This document shows positions 30,201 to 42,300 of a stretch of 64,000 bases of DNA, one piece after another; positions within the stretch are counted from its first letter, which is position 1; each line of letters opens with the position of its first letter. The notes beneath the pieces were generated by a model. The model saw only the letters and a program-made list of their open reading frames with translations, was not told the DNA's origin and did no database searches. The stretch covers positions 3,027 to 67,026 of the forward strand of contig JBBRPK010000008.1 in the NCBI GenBank assembly GCA_038228235.1, read 5' to 3'. This DNA comes from Verrucomicrobiota bacterium. Lineage in GTDB: Bacteria > Verrucomicrobiota > Verrucomicrobiia > Limisphaerales > JBBRPK01. Made by a program: the position numbers and the translations under genes.

Positions 30201-30333
30201 TGTCGAAGTTGAGAAGAGGAGGCAATTCCGATGCCTTAAACGCCTGCAAAAGTTGGGGGAAACCTAGCCCGAGTACGACCGAGATTAGAATCAAAAACCG
30301 TTTCATATCAATGATCGAGCAGACAAATCTCAC
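24262..30333 (-). CDS. Giant exported M36 (fungalysin-like) metallopeptidase with P-domains, DUF11 repeats and an RFYR C-terminal domain (P5)
   Basis: Signal peptide (likely start ATG 30306, MKRFLILIS), FTP-type propeptide, HEATH...EGWSD, VHNQGEIW, three proprotein-convertase P-domain-like units, three DUF11 units (DLAV...LTYTITVTNxGP); ends RRFYRVRRP. Confidence 0.88.
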   Translation of the reverse strand: MRFVCSIIDMKRFLILISVVLGLGFPQLLQAFKASELPPLLNFDRRLDGLPNISALAGESAVAAARLKDRIPGFKVAVDPLTGAPKFIGSTYDFLSGPNGQGNGISPETLLAFPANDPHRIIRAFLNEHSALFGHGAEVLDSAALTRDYATPHNGMRTVVWEQQLDGISVYGAVLIANITRKGQLVNLTTQFLPDVVQAANAGTPNRAALQIAPGVSAQQAVVYSAEAINHALTFDQLRPVNAAPEGPGMVQRFNALSVLNGETRAELSWLPLNRAALRLCWQVTLTSHARGETFLVIVDAETGEALLRRQLTVYITNATYNVWTSDSPAPLSPGLPAPGPTQPALVPRVLVVTNAVNTNASPNGWIDDPDNETRGNNVDAHLDRNADDLPDLPRPQGNPNRVFDFPINLNQSPTNSGEAAVVQLFYWVNWYHDKLYELGFTEASGNYQNNNFGRGGLGNDAIQADSQDGSGLNNANFTPARDGNPGRIQMYVFDGPTPNRDGDFDAEVMLHEATHGTSGRLVGGGVGISELQTGGMGEGWSDFYALSLLSAPGDNVGANYAMGGYITFDFIPNFQQNYYYGIRRYPYTTNLSTNPLTFKDIDPSQADPHTGAPLSPLFSPFDPGGANEVHNQGEIWCVTLWEARAGLINKFGYATGNQLMLQLVTDGMKLGPANPTFLEARDAIIQADLVNTGGANFNELWSAFAKRGMGGSATSPGSYTTAGVEEAFDLPGLAVKSTPALDPFTGNGNGVVDPNECNELNVVLVNNTRIAATGISATISTTTPGVLISQGASAYPNIPRGGTATNRAPFKFYTTPDFICGTPINFVLRIQSDQDTRLTKFRLPTGLVGPSVRFDNGTPILIPQGNPAGVDSPITVSGLDTGISKVTVSLHITHPLTFVLRLVLIGPDGTRVSLASLEGFGPDFGVSCSPDSQRTTFDDKASLPVNNGRAPFVGAFRPEQPLAAFTGKSGSRVNGTWRLHVSDGFPVGQGTIECWSLNISPTICTDGGGDCSTDLAVNSSASPAIILVESNLTYSITVTNRGPNAARNVLLTDILPAGSSFVSSTTSRGSCSSSGGYVNCSLGILGNGESASIRIVVRPHITGLITNVATVSSSATDAVSANNSSIVISEVFPPIAVIVPAEASLLSESIDPPNGGIDPGETVTLNLFLQNIGSLTTSNLVATLLSTGGVVNPSGPQVYGAVPAGGASVGRQFTFAANGTNGDVLSITLQLQDGAKNLGLVRFNYGLGGVASFLNLGGITIFDNAPASPYPSSISVSGLSGLIDKISVTLSNVNHTSPSDVDILLVGPTGRSVMLMSDAGAGYGMNNVNLTFDDAASRSLPSSTPIVSGIYKPSNFDGSPDIFPPPSPPNASGTTLSVFSASGPNGIWSLYVIDDTAGDIGRIVGGWGLTISTVDPVNPTADLAVTARAAPNPVLVGSNLTYTITVTNLGPKTATGVTLTNFLPASTTLVAATNSQGGASTVLGGQVIFALGTLTNQGWAAVTVIVAPSFSGPITNVATVSANETDRNPINSTATVVTTVSPASDLAVWLSASPDPATIGKSLAYTIIVTNKGPNSAFGINLSDTLPGGVTFVSATSSQGSCSQANGIVACSLGALPRFTQASITIVVIPPVVGPVTNRATVSATQPADLISTNNAAALVTVVNNPDLIIVPAGRILLAESGPFTGGIDPGETVTVSFGLKNIGIANTTALLATLRTNAGVTQVSGPQNYGILMANGPAVMQSFSFTAQGPHGGTITATLDLQDGANSLGSASFTFILGAVATLANGQLVSIPDNGRASPYPSSILVSNLAGAVSKVTVTLSNLSHAYPDDIDALLVGPNGQASLIMSDTGGGNSINNVTLTFDDAATTALPDSAQIFSGTYKPTNYGAGDLFPPPAPTGPYGSTLSVFNGSDPNGKWSLFVVDDTLGDLGQIADGWALKITTVDRINPLPAHLSGPVKLDLRRFQFTLQGEVGDIFIIEASADITSGWTPIATNTLSGVSQDFQDSNSASYGRRFYRVRRP

Positions 30334-33300
30334 GGCTCCCGCAAGCGATAGAAGCGGGCACGGTTCGTGGGGTCGATGGTAAGGTTAAGTTGGGAGCCAT
30401 TCAGACTTTGAAAATCCGTGACCGGAACCCAATTGGGAGGTGAAAAAGTGTCGGTTGCTTCAATCTGAAAATTGTAATTGGTCACGGCCGCAGGCCACGA
30501 CATGACCAGTTTATTGTCCTTCCGCGCGACGACGAGGCTTGGCAGCGGGAGGACCGTCGTTTTCATCGAGGCGAAATTGTTATTTGGATTCAGGTCGAGT
30601 TGGTCACCCGTCACCGTTGCCGTATCTAGAATGGAACCGGAGGCAGTGGTTCGGACGGAAATGATCGCGGCTGTGCCAGCGCCGCTGGCGAGAGTGCCAA
30701 CATTGCAAGTGACCACCTGGCCGTTGACCGCGCAGTTGCCCGAGCAGCTAATGAACGTGATGCTGGCCGGCAGGACATTGGTCAGAAACACACCCGTCGC
30801 TGTCGCCGGACCGTTATTGGTCACAGCGACCGTATAACGAAGGATCTGATTAACAATGGTGGGATTGGGCGTGCTCACGATGCTGACTGAGAGATCGGCG
30901 GCGGCGGCTCCGGAACTCGTTGTCTCAAGGGTTAGACTCCAACCCCCGGCGATGAAGCCCACATCCTGTGCCTGGTCATCCACCACGAACAAGGACCATA
31001 CCCCGTTTGGACTGGCCCCGTTGGCCAGATCCGCAAGCCGTCTCACATACGGGGGAGCCGGGGCTGGTGGATTGAAGGAATCCGGTCCGACCGGGGACGG
31101 TTGGTAAGTCCCAGAGACGATGACGTCGGTAGCTGTCAATCTGCTGGCTGCAGCGTCGTCAAAGGTCAAATTGACGCTGCTGATGGGATTATTGAACCCT
31201 CCGACATCAGACATCACGATCACACTCTTGGACTGAGGGCCGCTCAGCAGCATGTCAATGTCCGGTGGATAGGTGTGGCTCAAGTTGTAAAGGCTCATCG
31301 TGACGTTGGTCAATATTCCTGGGACATTGGAAACGACGATACTGGAAGGATAAGGCGTTGCGGGCGCGAAGTCATTGATGGTGATGGCGGCATTGTTAAC
31401 AAAGGTGAATCGAGAGCGTCCCAGAGTGAAATTGAACGTGACGACACCCAAATCAAGACCCTTGCCCACGTCGCGCAACTGGAGGCTGACCACCACGGTC
31501 CCGCCGTTGGCGCCAAGGGCCTTAAAGCTGAACGGTCGCGAGACGGTAGCGCCACCACCAAGGACTGCGCCGAAGAATTGGGGCCCACTGGGGTTGCTCA
31601 CGCCGCCGCTAGCCAAGAGCGTGGCCCTCAGATTGATGGTATCGATGTTGCCGATGTTCCGCAGGCCAAAATTGATGGTAACATCTTCGTTAGGATCCAA
31701 ATTGCCATTAGGAATGCTTTCAAAGATGAAAGCGGAACCGGCCGCAACGATCGTGCTGCTGTCATTGTCCACAATCGTCAACACTGCGGTGTTGGGAGCG
31801 CCAAGGGTGACGAAATTCGTCGGGCTTGGATTGAAAAGAGCCAGATTAACCGTGACGTTCCCTTCAATGACGAGATCGTCGATCAAAGGCACGAGGATTG
31901 TTTGGCTCGATACCCCTGGCGGGAAGATCAGCACCCCGCTGACTGGTCGGTAATTGACCCCGGCTCGAGCCGTGCCATCGCTGCTGGCATAGCCGACGGA
32001 AAAGGTATTGATGGTGTTACCAATACGATTGACGGTGATGATGGCATTCGTGCCCCCTTCACTCACGGTGTAAGCAGGCGAACTGAAGCTCAGGCTCGCG
32101 TCCTTATCCAGGATGGTAAGGGTCGCATTGGTTGGAGCGATGAGCGTGGCGCCCCCTGTCACATCGAACAGGTTCAAAGAAACCACCTTGTCCCCCTGGG
32201 CCCGTGGGTCATTGAGGATGGGAATGCTAAAAAACTGAACGGTATCAAAAACTGAGAAGAACAGTCTGCCGGTAACCGGAGTGTAGTTGGTGCCCGCCAC
32301 GGCTGTGCCGTTGGTGGCGGAATAGGCGACGGTAACTACGTTCGTTCCAGGCTGACCTCCCCGGATGACCGTGATGATCACATTGGTCTGATTCTCAAGG
32401 ACGAAGTAATTGGTGGCACTGAAACTAAGCGTATCCTCATCGTCAATAATGGTTAAAACCGCGGTGCTCTGAAGGCCCAGGGAGGTGCCATTCGTTGGAT
32501 TGAGCAGGCTCAGATTAACGGTTTGATTGCCTTCGCCCATGTTTTCATCGATGATCGGGACGCTGAAGCTGTTGCTGGTCTGGCCATCGGCAAAGACCAG
32601 CGTGCCGCTCGTAAAAACGTATTTGATCCCGGCCTGGGCGGTGCCATCACTCGTCGCATAATTGACCGAAACCACGCCGTTAGTGATACCAGTGCGCAGA
32701 ACAGGAATCACGATAGCACCCGCTTTTTCACTGACGGAGTAAGCCGGCGCGCTAAAATTGAAACTCACGTCATCATCGATGATGGTCAAGGTGGCTTGGT
32801 TCGTTGCGCCCAAAGCGGCTTCTCCCACCGGATTGCTCAAGATCAAGAGCAGCGAGGTGTCGGGTTGACCAATGTTATCATTTATAAGCGGGACAGCGAA
32901 GCTTGCGCTCGACTGGCCAGCGGTAAAGAGCAATGTGCCATTGGTGGCGACATAATTGACTCCCGCGATCGCGGTCAGATTGCTCGTGGTAAAATCAACC
33001 GAGACCGGTCTCCCCCCGCCGCCGCTGCGAACGACAGTAATAATGACGTTAGTAGCGCTTTCGCTCGCTGAATAAAAAGCGGATGAGAAATTAAAGAATG
33101 AGGTATCTTCCAGAATATTGAGGATAGCGGCAGCTTGTCCCGGCCCCAGAATAGCGCCAGTGGGATTCGAGAGGGTGAGCAGCACGGTTTGCGGGCCTTC
33201 GAGCACAAAGTCGTCGAAGATCGGCACGGAGAATGACTTCGTGATCTCGCCGCTAGCGAAAACAAGAATTCCATTCGTGCTCCCATAATCCAAACCGGCC

Positions 33301-36300
33301 TGGGCGGTCAAGTCACTGGTGGTAAACTGCACCGAAGCGGAGCCGGAGCTGCCAGGGGCGCGGCTGACAGTGATGAGGGCACTGGCGCCTTGCTCGCTGA
33401 CAGTAAAGTTGGGACTGGTAAAACCGAGGGACCCGGGGCTGAAATCATCATCCACAATGGTCAGAGTTGCAGCAGCCAGCCCCAACACGGCGGTCCCCGC
33501 TGGCTGGCTCAAGGTCAGATTCACCGTCTGATTGCCCTCCACGTTGGTCTCATTAATGATGGGCACGCTGAAGGTTCGAAGCGTTTGTCCGTTAGTGAAT
33601 ATAAGGGTCCCATTCACGGAGATGTATTTAATTCCGTTAATGGCTGTTCCATCGCTGGTCGCATAATTGACCGTCGCCGTGCCCAGGCTGCCGCCCAGAC
33701 GTTGCACGGCGATAATGGCGTTGCCAGCGTTCTCGCTCACGCTGTAAGAGCTGACTGCAAAGCCCAAGACGCTGTCGTTATCAAGTATGGACAGGGTGGC
33801 GACGCCGGGAGTTCCCACGATGGGCGGGTTTTGGAACGGGTTGGAAAGATTTTTCGGATTCGAGAGCGTGAGATGAACGGTTCGGTCCACATTGGTAGCT
33901 GAATCATCGAAGACAGTGACAGTGAAGGTCTTGAGGGTTTCGCCGGGTTGAAAGGTCAATGTCCCATTCGTTTGGGCATAATGAGTACCAGCGATGGCGG
34001 TGCCATCACTGGTCGAAAAGTCCACGGAAACGACGTTGGAGCTGCCAATCGCGCGCAAAACGGTAATGGAGATTTTGGTTCCATTCTCGGGCACAGTGTA
34101 GTTGGGGGAACTGAATACGAATGACCCGCTGCCGACATTCTCCCCTCCGTTCAGCCGGGCGATATAATTCCGCGGGGCGCCGTCGAATGCGGTAAAAGCG
34201 CCCCCGATAACAATCTTGCGGTCCTGCTGGATGGCAATGGCGGAAATATAGTTATTGGCCCCATTCCCGAAATTGATCGTTGTATCAATAGAGCCGTCCG
34301 TATTGAGCCGGGTAATACGGTTGCGAGGCGCGCCGTTAAAGGAAGTAAATCCACCCCCCACGAGAATCTTACCGTCTGTTTGCAGAGCCACGACGCTGAC
34401 AAACTCATTGGCGCCCGAGCCAGGGTTGAAGCTGCTATCAAAGGCGCCATCCTGGTTCAGACGGGCTACGCGGCCAACCGCGATACCATTAAATTGAGTG
34501 AACAACCCGCCGATGACGGCTCGACCATCATTCTGCAACGCAATGGAGTTGACCGTGCTATCCGCGCCAGCGCCGGGATCAAAAGTGGTATCGACACTGC
34601 CATCTTCGTTTAACCGAGCGATTCGACTGCGCGGTATCCCATTGATGGTCTGGAAATCGCCAGCGATCAGAATTTTGCCATTATTCTGGACGACAATCGC
34701 CCGGACGCCGCCATCCGGTCCGGGATTGGCGTGGAAAGTCGCATCTACCTGCCCAATCGCATCCAACCTCGCGATAAAGTAGCTATTGCTACCGTTCACC
34801 GAATTGAATAGCCCGCCTACGATAACCTTGCCATCGCTCTGAAATGCCAACGCATACACCGAGTTATCCGCTCCGGAAACGCCTCGTAAAAAGTTCGACC
34901 CCGCCGAACCGTCCACCAGCAGGCCCGCCAGGTAGCTCAACGGGCCTCCCCCGAAAGCAGTAAACAAACCTCCGATGAGCGGTTCTCCGCCGGTCTTTAC
35001 AGCAATTGTTTGCACGGTACTGTTCACGTTAGTGGTGGGATCAAACGTGGTATCCACGCCCCCATTGGGGAGCAGACGAACGATGTGTTTTCTAACCAAA
35101 TTATTAAAAAGCGTAAAATCGCCGCCCGCAAAAATTTTGTTATTATTGGTTTGGATGACGACGCTATAGATTTGGTCGTTGGCGCCCAACGTATTGAAGC
35201 TGGCATCTATGGAACCCGCAGGGGCGCTATTCTCCACAATGGTCAGGAGGGCGGAGACGATTTGGTTATTGGTGGAAGCGCCAATGGGGTTGGAGAGACC
35301 TAAATTCAAGGTCTTATTCACATCAATGGATGCGTTGTCGATAAGCGGCACCGTAAACACCTTGTTCGTCTCCCCAGGGCCGAAACTGAGCACGTTGGTT
35401 GTCCCCAAGTAATTCACGCCGTTTAGAGCCGTGCCATCGGTTGTGAAGTAAGTAATCGAGACCGTCCCCGTGCTGCCGAAATTGCGCGTGACCGTGATGA
35501 CGGCATTGGTCGCATCCTCTGAAACGACATAGTTGGCGGAACTAAAGCCAAGGAAACCGGGACCCGTATCATCGTCTAGAATGGTCAAAGTCGCGATTGG
35601 CCGAGGTCCAAGGGTGGCGCCCCCAGTTGGGTTAGTGAGAACAAGACTCAGAACCGTGGTGCCTTCCACGAGTGTATCATTAACCAATGAGACCGTGAAA
35701 GTTTTGGGGGTTGTTTCGCCATTGGTCCAGGAGAGGCTTCCGAAAGCGGGTTGATAGTTGGTTCCAGCCGACGCCGTGCCATCCCTGGTTAGGTATTGCA
35801 CGCTGACATCCCCTTCACTCCCCAAAGTTCGTGTAACCGTAATGGTCGCAATCAGGTTGCTTTCGTTCACCGTATAATTGGTGGCGCTGAAATTGAGATT
35901 TCCGTTGATCAGATTGTTATCAATGATCGTCAGGGTAGCGGTGTTGATGATGCCCAGGGTTGCGCCCCCGCTGGGCGCAGTCAAAGTCAGGATGACGGTT
36001 TCATTGGTCTCCTGGAGGTGGTCGGGAGTGATCGGAATGTTAAAGCTCTTGGACGTTTCGCCATCGCTAAAGGACAAGATGCCGAAGGCGCCGGTGTAAT
36101 CCTGCCCGGCAGTGGCTGTCCCGTCGATGGTCGAATAGGACACGGAAACGATCCCAGAAATGCCATTGGTCCGAGTGACCGTAATTGTAATGTTAGTGTC
36201 ATACTCATTGACAGTGTAAACGGGGGAACTGAAATCGAATTCTCCCCCCGCAAAGTCATTTTCGACAATCGTCAAAGTCGCCGCTGCCAGGCTCAAGGAA

Positions 36301-39300
36301 CCTCCTCGGGTTACGTTAGTCAGGGAGAGCATCACCGTTTTATTTCCCTCCACGGACGGGTCGATCAAGATCGGAACTTGAAAGTTCTTAAACGATTCGC
36401 CAGGGGCAAAGGTGAGGGTGGCGCGCACAGGCAGGTAATCCACCCCGGCGGTGGCAGTGCCATCCAAAGTCTGGTAGTCAACCGAGACGGAGCTGTTGGT
36501 CGAGCCTGTTTTAACGACGGTGATAAAGGCGTTGGACCCAATCACGTTCTCACTAACGCTAAAAGTAGGCGTGAGAAAGCTAATCACACTGTCGTCGCTG
36601 ACAATGGTCAACGTGGCGGTGGGCTGCGGGCCCAGCGCTGCGCCACTAGTAGGATTGCTCAAGCTTAAGTCCACGGTTTCAGGGTCCTCCACAAGAGTGT
36701 CATCAATGATTGGGACGATAAAGGTCCGCCGAACCTCACCTTCGGGAAAACTCAGCGTGCCCACCGTGTTGGAAAAATCCAAACCTGCGGTCGCCGTAAT
36801 GCCCGTGGTCGCATAGTCGATTGTGACGTCTCCGCTGGTTCCCCCATTGCGACGGACGGTAATCTGGGCCGCGCCAGCAGGTTCATCGACCGTGAAGAAT
36901 GGAGAACTGAACTCCAGATTCCCGGCCCCCGCTAATGACCCACCATAGAGGCGGGCCACATGGTGCTCAGGTTGATCGTTGAAGGTCGTGAAGCCTCCCC
37001 CGATGACGATTTTCCTGTCCGGCTGGATCAACACCGCCGCAATAAAACTGTTGGCGCCACTCCCGAAGTTGATGGTCGGATCGGTTTGCCCATTTTGATT
37101 CAGGCGGGTAATCCGGCTACGATAAACACCGTTAAAAGTAGCGAAGTCCCCACCCACCAATATCTTCCCATCCTCTTGCACGGCAGCAGCGAAAACGGTG
37201 TTGTCCGCCCCCGAACCTCCCGGCATGAACCCGGCATCAAGAGATCCATCCGCATTTAACCTGGCAAAGTAATTTCGATTCGTGCCATTGACCATGGTGA
37301 ATGAGCCGCCAATCAGGATCTTTCCGTCGGGCTGGAGGGCAATAGTCCTAACACTGGCATTGATTCCAGCGCCCGGATAAAAAGTCAGATCCAGAGAGCC
37401 ATCGGAATTCAAACGAGCGATGCGCGGGCGGCTCACGTTGCTGACCGTCAGGAAATCACCGCCGAGGAGCACCTTCCCGTCGGGTTGGACCGCGAGCGCA
37501 TAGACAATACCATTCGGGCCCAGGCCCGGGTTGAAGAAGGTGTTTAAGCTGCCATTCGTGTTCAGCAGGGCGAGATTGGGCCGGGGCACTCCGTTGAAAG
37601 TTGTGAAGGAGCCGCCGATCAAGACCTTATTGTCAGGAAGCAGGGCGACTGCAAAAACAGGGTTATCCGCCCCAGCTCCTGGATTGAAAGAACCGTCCAG
37701 CGTCCCATCGGGATTCAACCGGGCAATCGCGCTCCGGTTAGTGCTGTTGATTTTGGTGAATAATCCGCCCACGATGATTTTGCCATCACTCTGAAGCGCC
37801 AATGCGCGAACCGGACGGTTGGGTCCTTCGCCGGCATTGAATACGGAATCCAAGGCCCCATTCGCTTGCAAGCGCGCCAGGCGATGCCTGGTCGCATGAT
37901 TAAATGCGATAAAGTCCCCTCCGATGATCAGTTCCCCGTCTGTCTGAAGAGCCAGAGCGAAGATGGCGTCGTCGGCCCCATTGATCGTATTAAAAGTGGT
38001 ATCGAGGGAGCCAGCCGGAGTGTTGGAGGACTCATCGTCGATGATTGTCAAAGTAGATTGGCCCGGAGTTCCAAGACTCACATTCACCGCGTTGGTCAGG
38101 ACGAGGATGACGGTCTGGTTTCCCTGGCTCAGAGAATTGTCAATGAGACCAACGGCGATGGTTTTGCTGGTTTCGCCGGGAAGAAACGTGAGGGTACCGT
38201 TGGTCGCAGAGTAATTCACTCCATTTACCGCCGTCCCGTCCAGGATCAAGTAATCAACCGATCCCGAGCCAGCAATGCCGCCCGACCGGACGACCGTAAT
38301 GTTGACATTGGTGCCGTTTTCGTTCCCCTCATAGTTTGCTTGGCTGAAAGCCACGGTTCCATAAGCATCGTTGTCCTGGATGTTCAAAATGGCGGTGGCT
38401 CGTCCACCGATGGCGCCGTTGGTGGAGGCGTTGAAGAGCCGAAGGTTGACCGTGAGCAGTCCCTCCACCAAATTGTCGTCGATCAGCGGGACATTGAAGA
38501 TTTTTGGAGTCGTCTCGCCACTGGCCCAAACCAAAGTGTTAGTCACCGCCACAAAGTTGACCCCGGCGAGCGCCGTCCCGTTGGTTGCAGCCACTTTTAC
38601 GGAGATGGCCCCGCGGTTGCCACCAGTTCTGGTGACGACAATCCTGGCAATACCGGCTCCCTCGTTGGTCGAATAACTTGGCGCGCTAAAATTTAACCGT
38701 CCGGCAGAGAAGTCATCATCAATGATGGTAGCGGTGGTAGAAATCGTTGACCCAGCCGTCCCTCCGGGAATCTTGGCTCCGCCGGTGGCATTGGTCAGAA
38801 CGACCAGGAACGTCTCATCAAATTCAACGATGTTGTCGTTGATGAGCTTGATCAGGATGGTTTGGTTGGTCACTCCGGTCCCGAAGCTGAGAGTCCCTGA
38901 CTTGGCAATGTAGCGGAGGCCGGCTTGGGCAGTCCCATCGCGCGTGAAATAATCGACTGTGACCGGCCCGTTGTTACCATTGGTGCGGATGACCGTCACG
39001 ATAAGATTGGTGGCGTTTTCGTTGGTCGCATAGCCAGCCGCGCTAAAGGTGAACACACCACGATTGACGTTGTCATCCACCACCGTAACCGGCGCAAAGG
39101 AATGGCCTCTGGCGCCCCCGAGTGGAATGAATTCTCCGCCCAGGGTAATTTCGCCCTCCGGATTGAACAAACCCAGATTAAAGATCTCGTTGCCCTCCAG
39201 GAGGGTATCGTTCATGATGGGAATCGCGAAGTAGGTAAAGCCAACATATCCCACGCTTCTGGGGGCAACGTAAGCCCATTCCGGCCAAACCTTGGTGCTC

Positions 39301-42300
39301 TTCGTAAAACTAAAATCGGCGTTCGCCTCGGCCACCAGATTGCTGGTTGCGAGGTCAGCCTTCACGGTGCCTAAACGGCCATCAAGACGTTGCAGGGTGA
39401 CGGATAGGAGAGGATTGTTGTTGTCTATGCTGTAGGCCGGGAAGGCGAACTCCACATTGCCGGGGCCCGGGGTAGAACCGCCGATCAGGCGCGCCACATT
39501 GTAGCGGGCGCGCTTATCCTGGCGAGTCCAAACAGGAGTAGGCCGGGAGTTATTTCCGTTAATGTCGATCGAGAAATTGCCGCCCAGATTGGTAAAAGAG
39601 CCTCCAATCAGGACATAATCCTGCCTTGTCAACGTCGTATTGATGAAGATGTTGGTGGTATTGTTCGTCACGACCTGGGTGACGGTGATGTTCGTGTTAA
39701 AACTGGCGTAGGTTACGACCGCGTTGACAAAATTGGGGGGCTGAAAATAAAAGGGATTGATCAAGCCGGCGAACTGATTGTAGGCGGTATCCAGGAAACT
39801 GGTGTCCAGGAGGCCGTTGGCCAACAATCGCGCCAATCCCAAACGCCGGGTCTGATTATAGCTGGTGAAAACGCCGCCGATGAGGGCCTTCCCGTCCGGC
39901 TGCAACGAGACACTGAAAATCGTATTGTTAGCGCCGTCCCCCGGATCGTATGTGACATCCAGCTTCCCGTCGCTGTTCAGGCGCGCGATGGAGTTCCGGA
40001 GGTGGAAATCAATGATGTTGAAGGCCCCAGCAATGAGCAACCGTCCATCTGCCTGGATGGCGACTGAACGCACGGAGTTATCGGCGCCGCCACCGGGATC
40101 AAAGTCGGTATCCAATGATCCATGATCGGTCAGCCGGGCAACGCCGCCCCGATAGGTACCATCGAAATTGATGAAGTCTCCGCCGATGAAAATCTTCCGG
40201 TCTTTGGCCACCGGAAGAATGCTGGCGGTATAGGACCAGAGCGTGCCAGGGATGCCGTTGCCTTCATTCATGATGACGGTGACGACTGTCCCCGTCCCCG
40301 GCCCATAAGGGATGTTAATCTGTCCGATACCATTAGTAAACAGATCGAAAAGCCTGACGCCGTCATAATAAATCCGAATGTCATCGGGGACTTGCAAGAA
40401 ATCGTAGCTCACCGTGATGACACCCTGGTTGGCGCCAGTTTCAATCGCATTATTATCCTGCAATTCGGTGCCGGAAGCTTGTCGGGGGGAGAAGATGGTC
40501 TGAGGGGTGTCTCGAACCACGACTGACCAGACCGTGCCATCGGCCCCGGCGCCGGGATCAAAATTCAAGTCGAGGCTGCCATCTTCATTGAGGCGGACCA
40601 CCCCATTGCGATCGATTCCGTTAAACTGAGTAAATTCTCCTGCGATCAGGATTTTGCCGTCATTCTGGACAGCCAGGGATCGGACAGGCCCGTCTGCTCC
40701 AACGCCCGGCTGGAAGGTGGCATCGAGGCTGCCGTCGCTATTCAAGCGGGCAATCCCGTTGCGCTGCTCCCCATTATAGGAAGTAAATCCGCCTCCGATG
40801 AGGATTTTATCCAAGTTAGCCGCATTGGTGGTATAAGTGGGGTAAACAGCGACGGCGCTCACGAATCCATCGGCGCCAGTGCCCGGATTAAAGGTCGCAT
40901 CCAGGGCGCCATTGACATGCAGCCGGGCCACACGGTTGCGCGGCGTCGAGTTATAGGCGGTGAAGTCGCCTCCAAGGATTGTCTTTAAATCTGCCTGCAC
41001 CGCCACCGCATTGACGACATTATTGGCCCCGGGGGTGTAGTTAAAAGGAGGCGAGGTGGACGCTATCAGGTCTGGATTCCATTCCCGGTCTAACGCTCCT
41101 GACGGTTGATCGTTACACAGAATGGTCGCGGTGGAGAAATTCTGAGGGCCGACTCCAGGCTGGCCATTTAGCCTATATATCTCGACCAGGATATCTTCAT
41201 TAAATTCCACGGCTGAATTGTTGTTAATTGTCAGAGTCAAAAGCGCGCGCGTCTGGCCCTGCCCAAAATTCAAAATGGTATCAACCGGAACATAATCAGC
41301 CTCGTTGAGAATATTGGACGAGCCGTCGGTATAAACAGGATTAGGGAAGATGGTGGTGGTATCGTCAGCGTAATCAGACCCTGCCATCATCGGCGACCAG
41401 AAAGGAGGCGTACCCCATAAATAATGCGGAACCGAACTGGCTGGGGGGGTCCTGATCCCGACGGAAACTGGACCACCTGGCGGATAAATAACCTCAATCG
41501 TCACCGTCCCGCTTCCAAAAATGGAGCCACCGAACCAGGTAAACTCATCCGCACGGTAGTTGGCCCTCTCGATGTCGAACAAGGGAAGGTTGTTGATCGC
41601 GACTATGGATGCCGTGGCATTGGTCACGAGCCCCAAAGTAGGGACAATGAATCCAGGATTGTTCAATTCTTCCTCGGGAGCCGGACGGGGATTAAACAAC
41701 AAGACATTAAAGAATTTGCTGTTAAAAAAATTGGTAAAACTATTCGTGCCAAAAAACCCGCCCTGCACGATTGGCACTACGAAGTTTGTGCTCGTCTGGA
41801 AGTCATCAAAAATCAGGGTATTGGTGACTGGCAAATAATCGATGCCGGCCAGCGCTGTGCCGTCGCTGGTGCTGTAATCAACCAGGACACGGCCCGTGCG
41901 GCCCTGCTTCCGGTTTACTGTAACCAGAACTCCTCGGATGTTTCGTAGGTTGACGGCGGCGCCAACGTTGCCGAAAGGCGCCGGGAAGCTCTCGTTTTCC
42001 GTTACTCGGTAATTTACGGCGCTAAACTCGAATTGCCCGGCCGTGCTCACGATAGGCGAGTTTTCGTCATCGACAATGGTGACGACGGCATTGCTAATGC
42101 CGATCGTGGCCCCTCCTGTGGGGTTTGACAGATTTACGGTGAAGGTTTTGTCCCCTGTAAGGTTTGCATTATCCAAGATTTGGACAGTAAAGGTCTTATT
42201 GGTTTCACCCACGTCAAAAGAGAGAGTGCCGTTGCTGGCGATGTAATCCGGACCGGCAAGGGCCGTGCCGTCTGCTGTTGCGTAGTCAACGGTCACCGGG

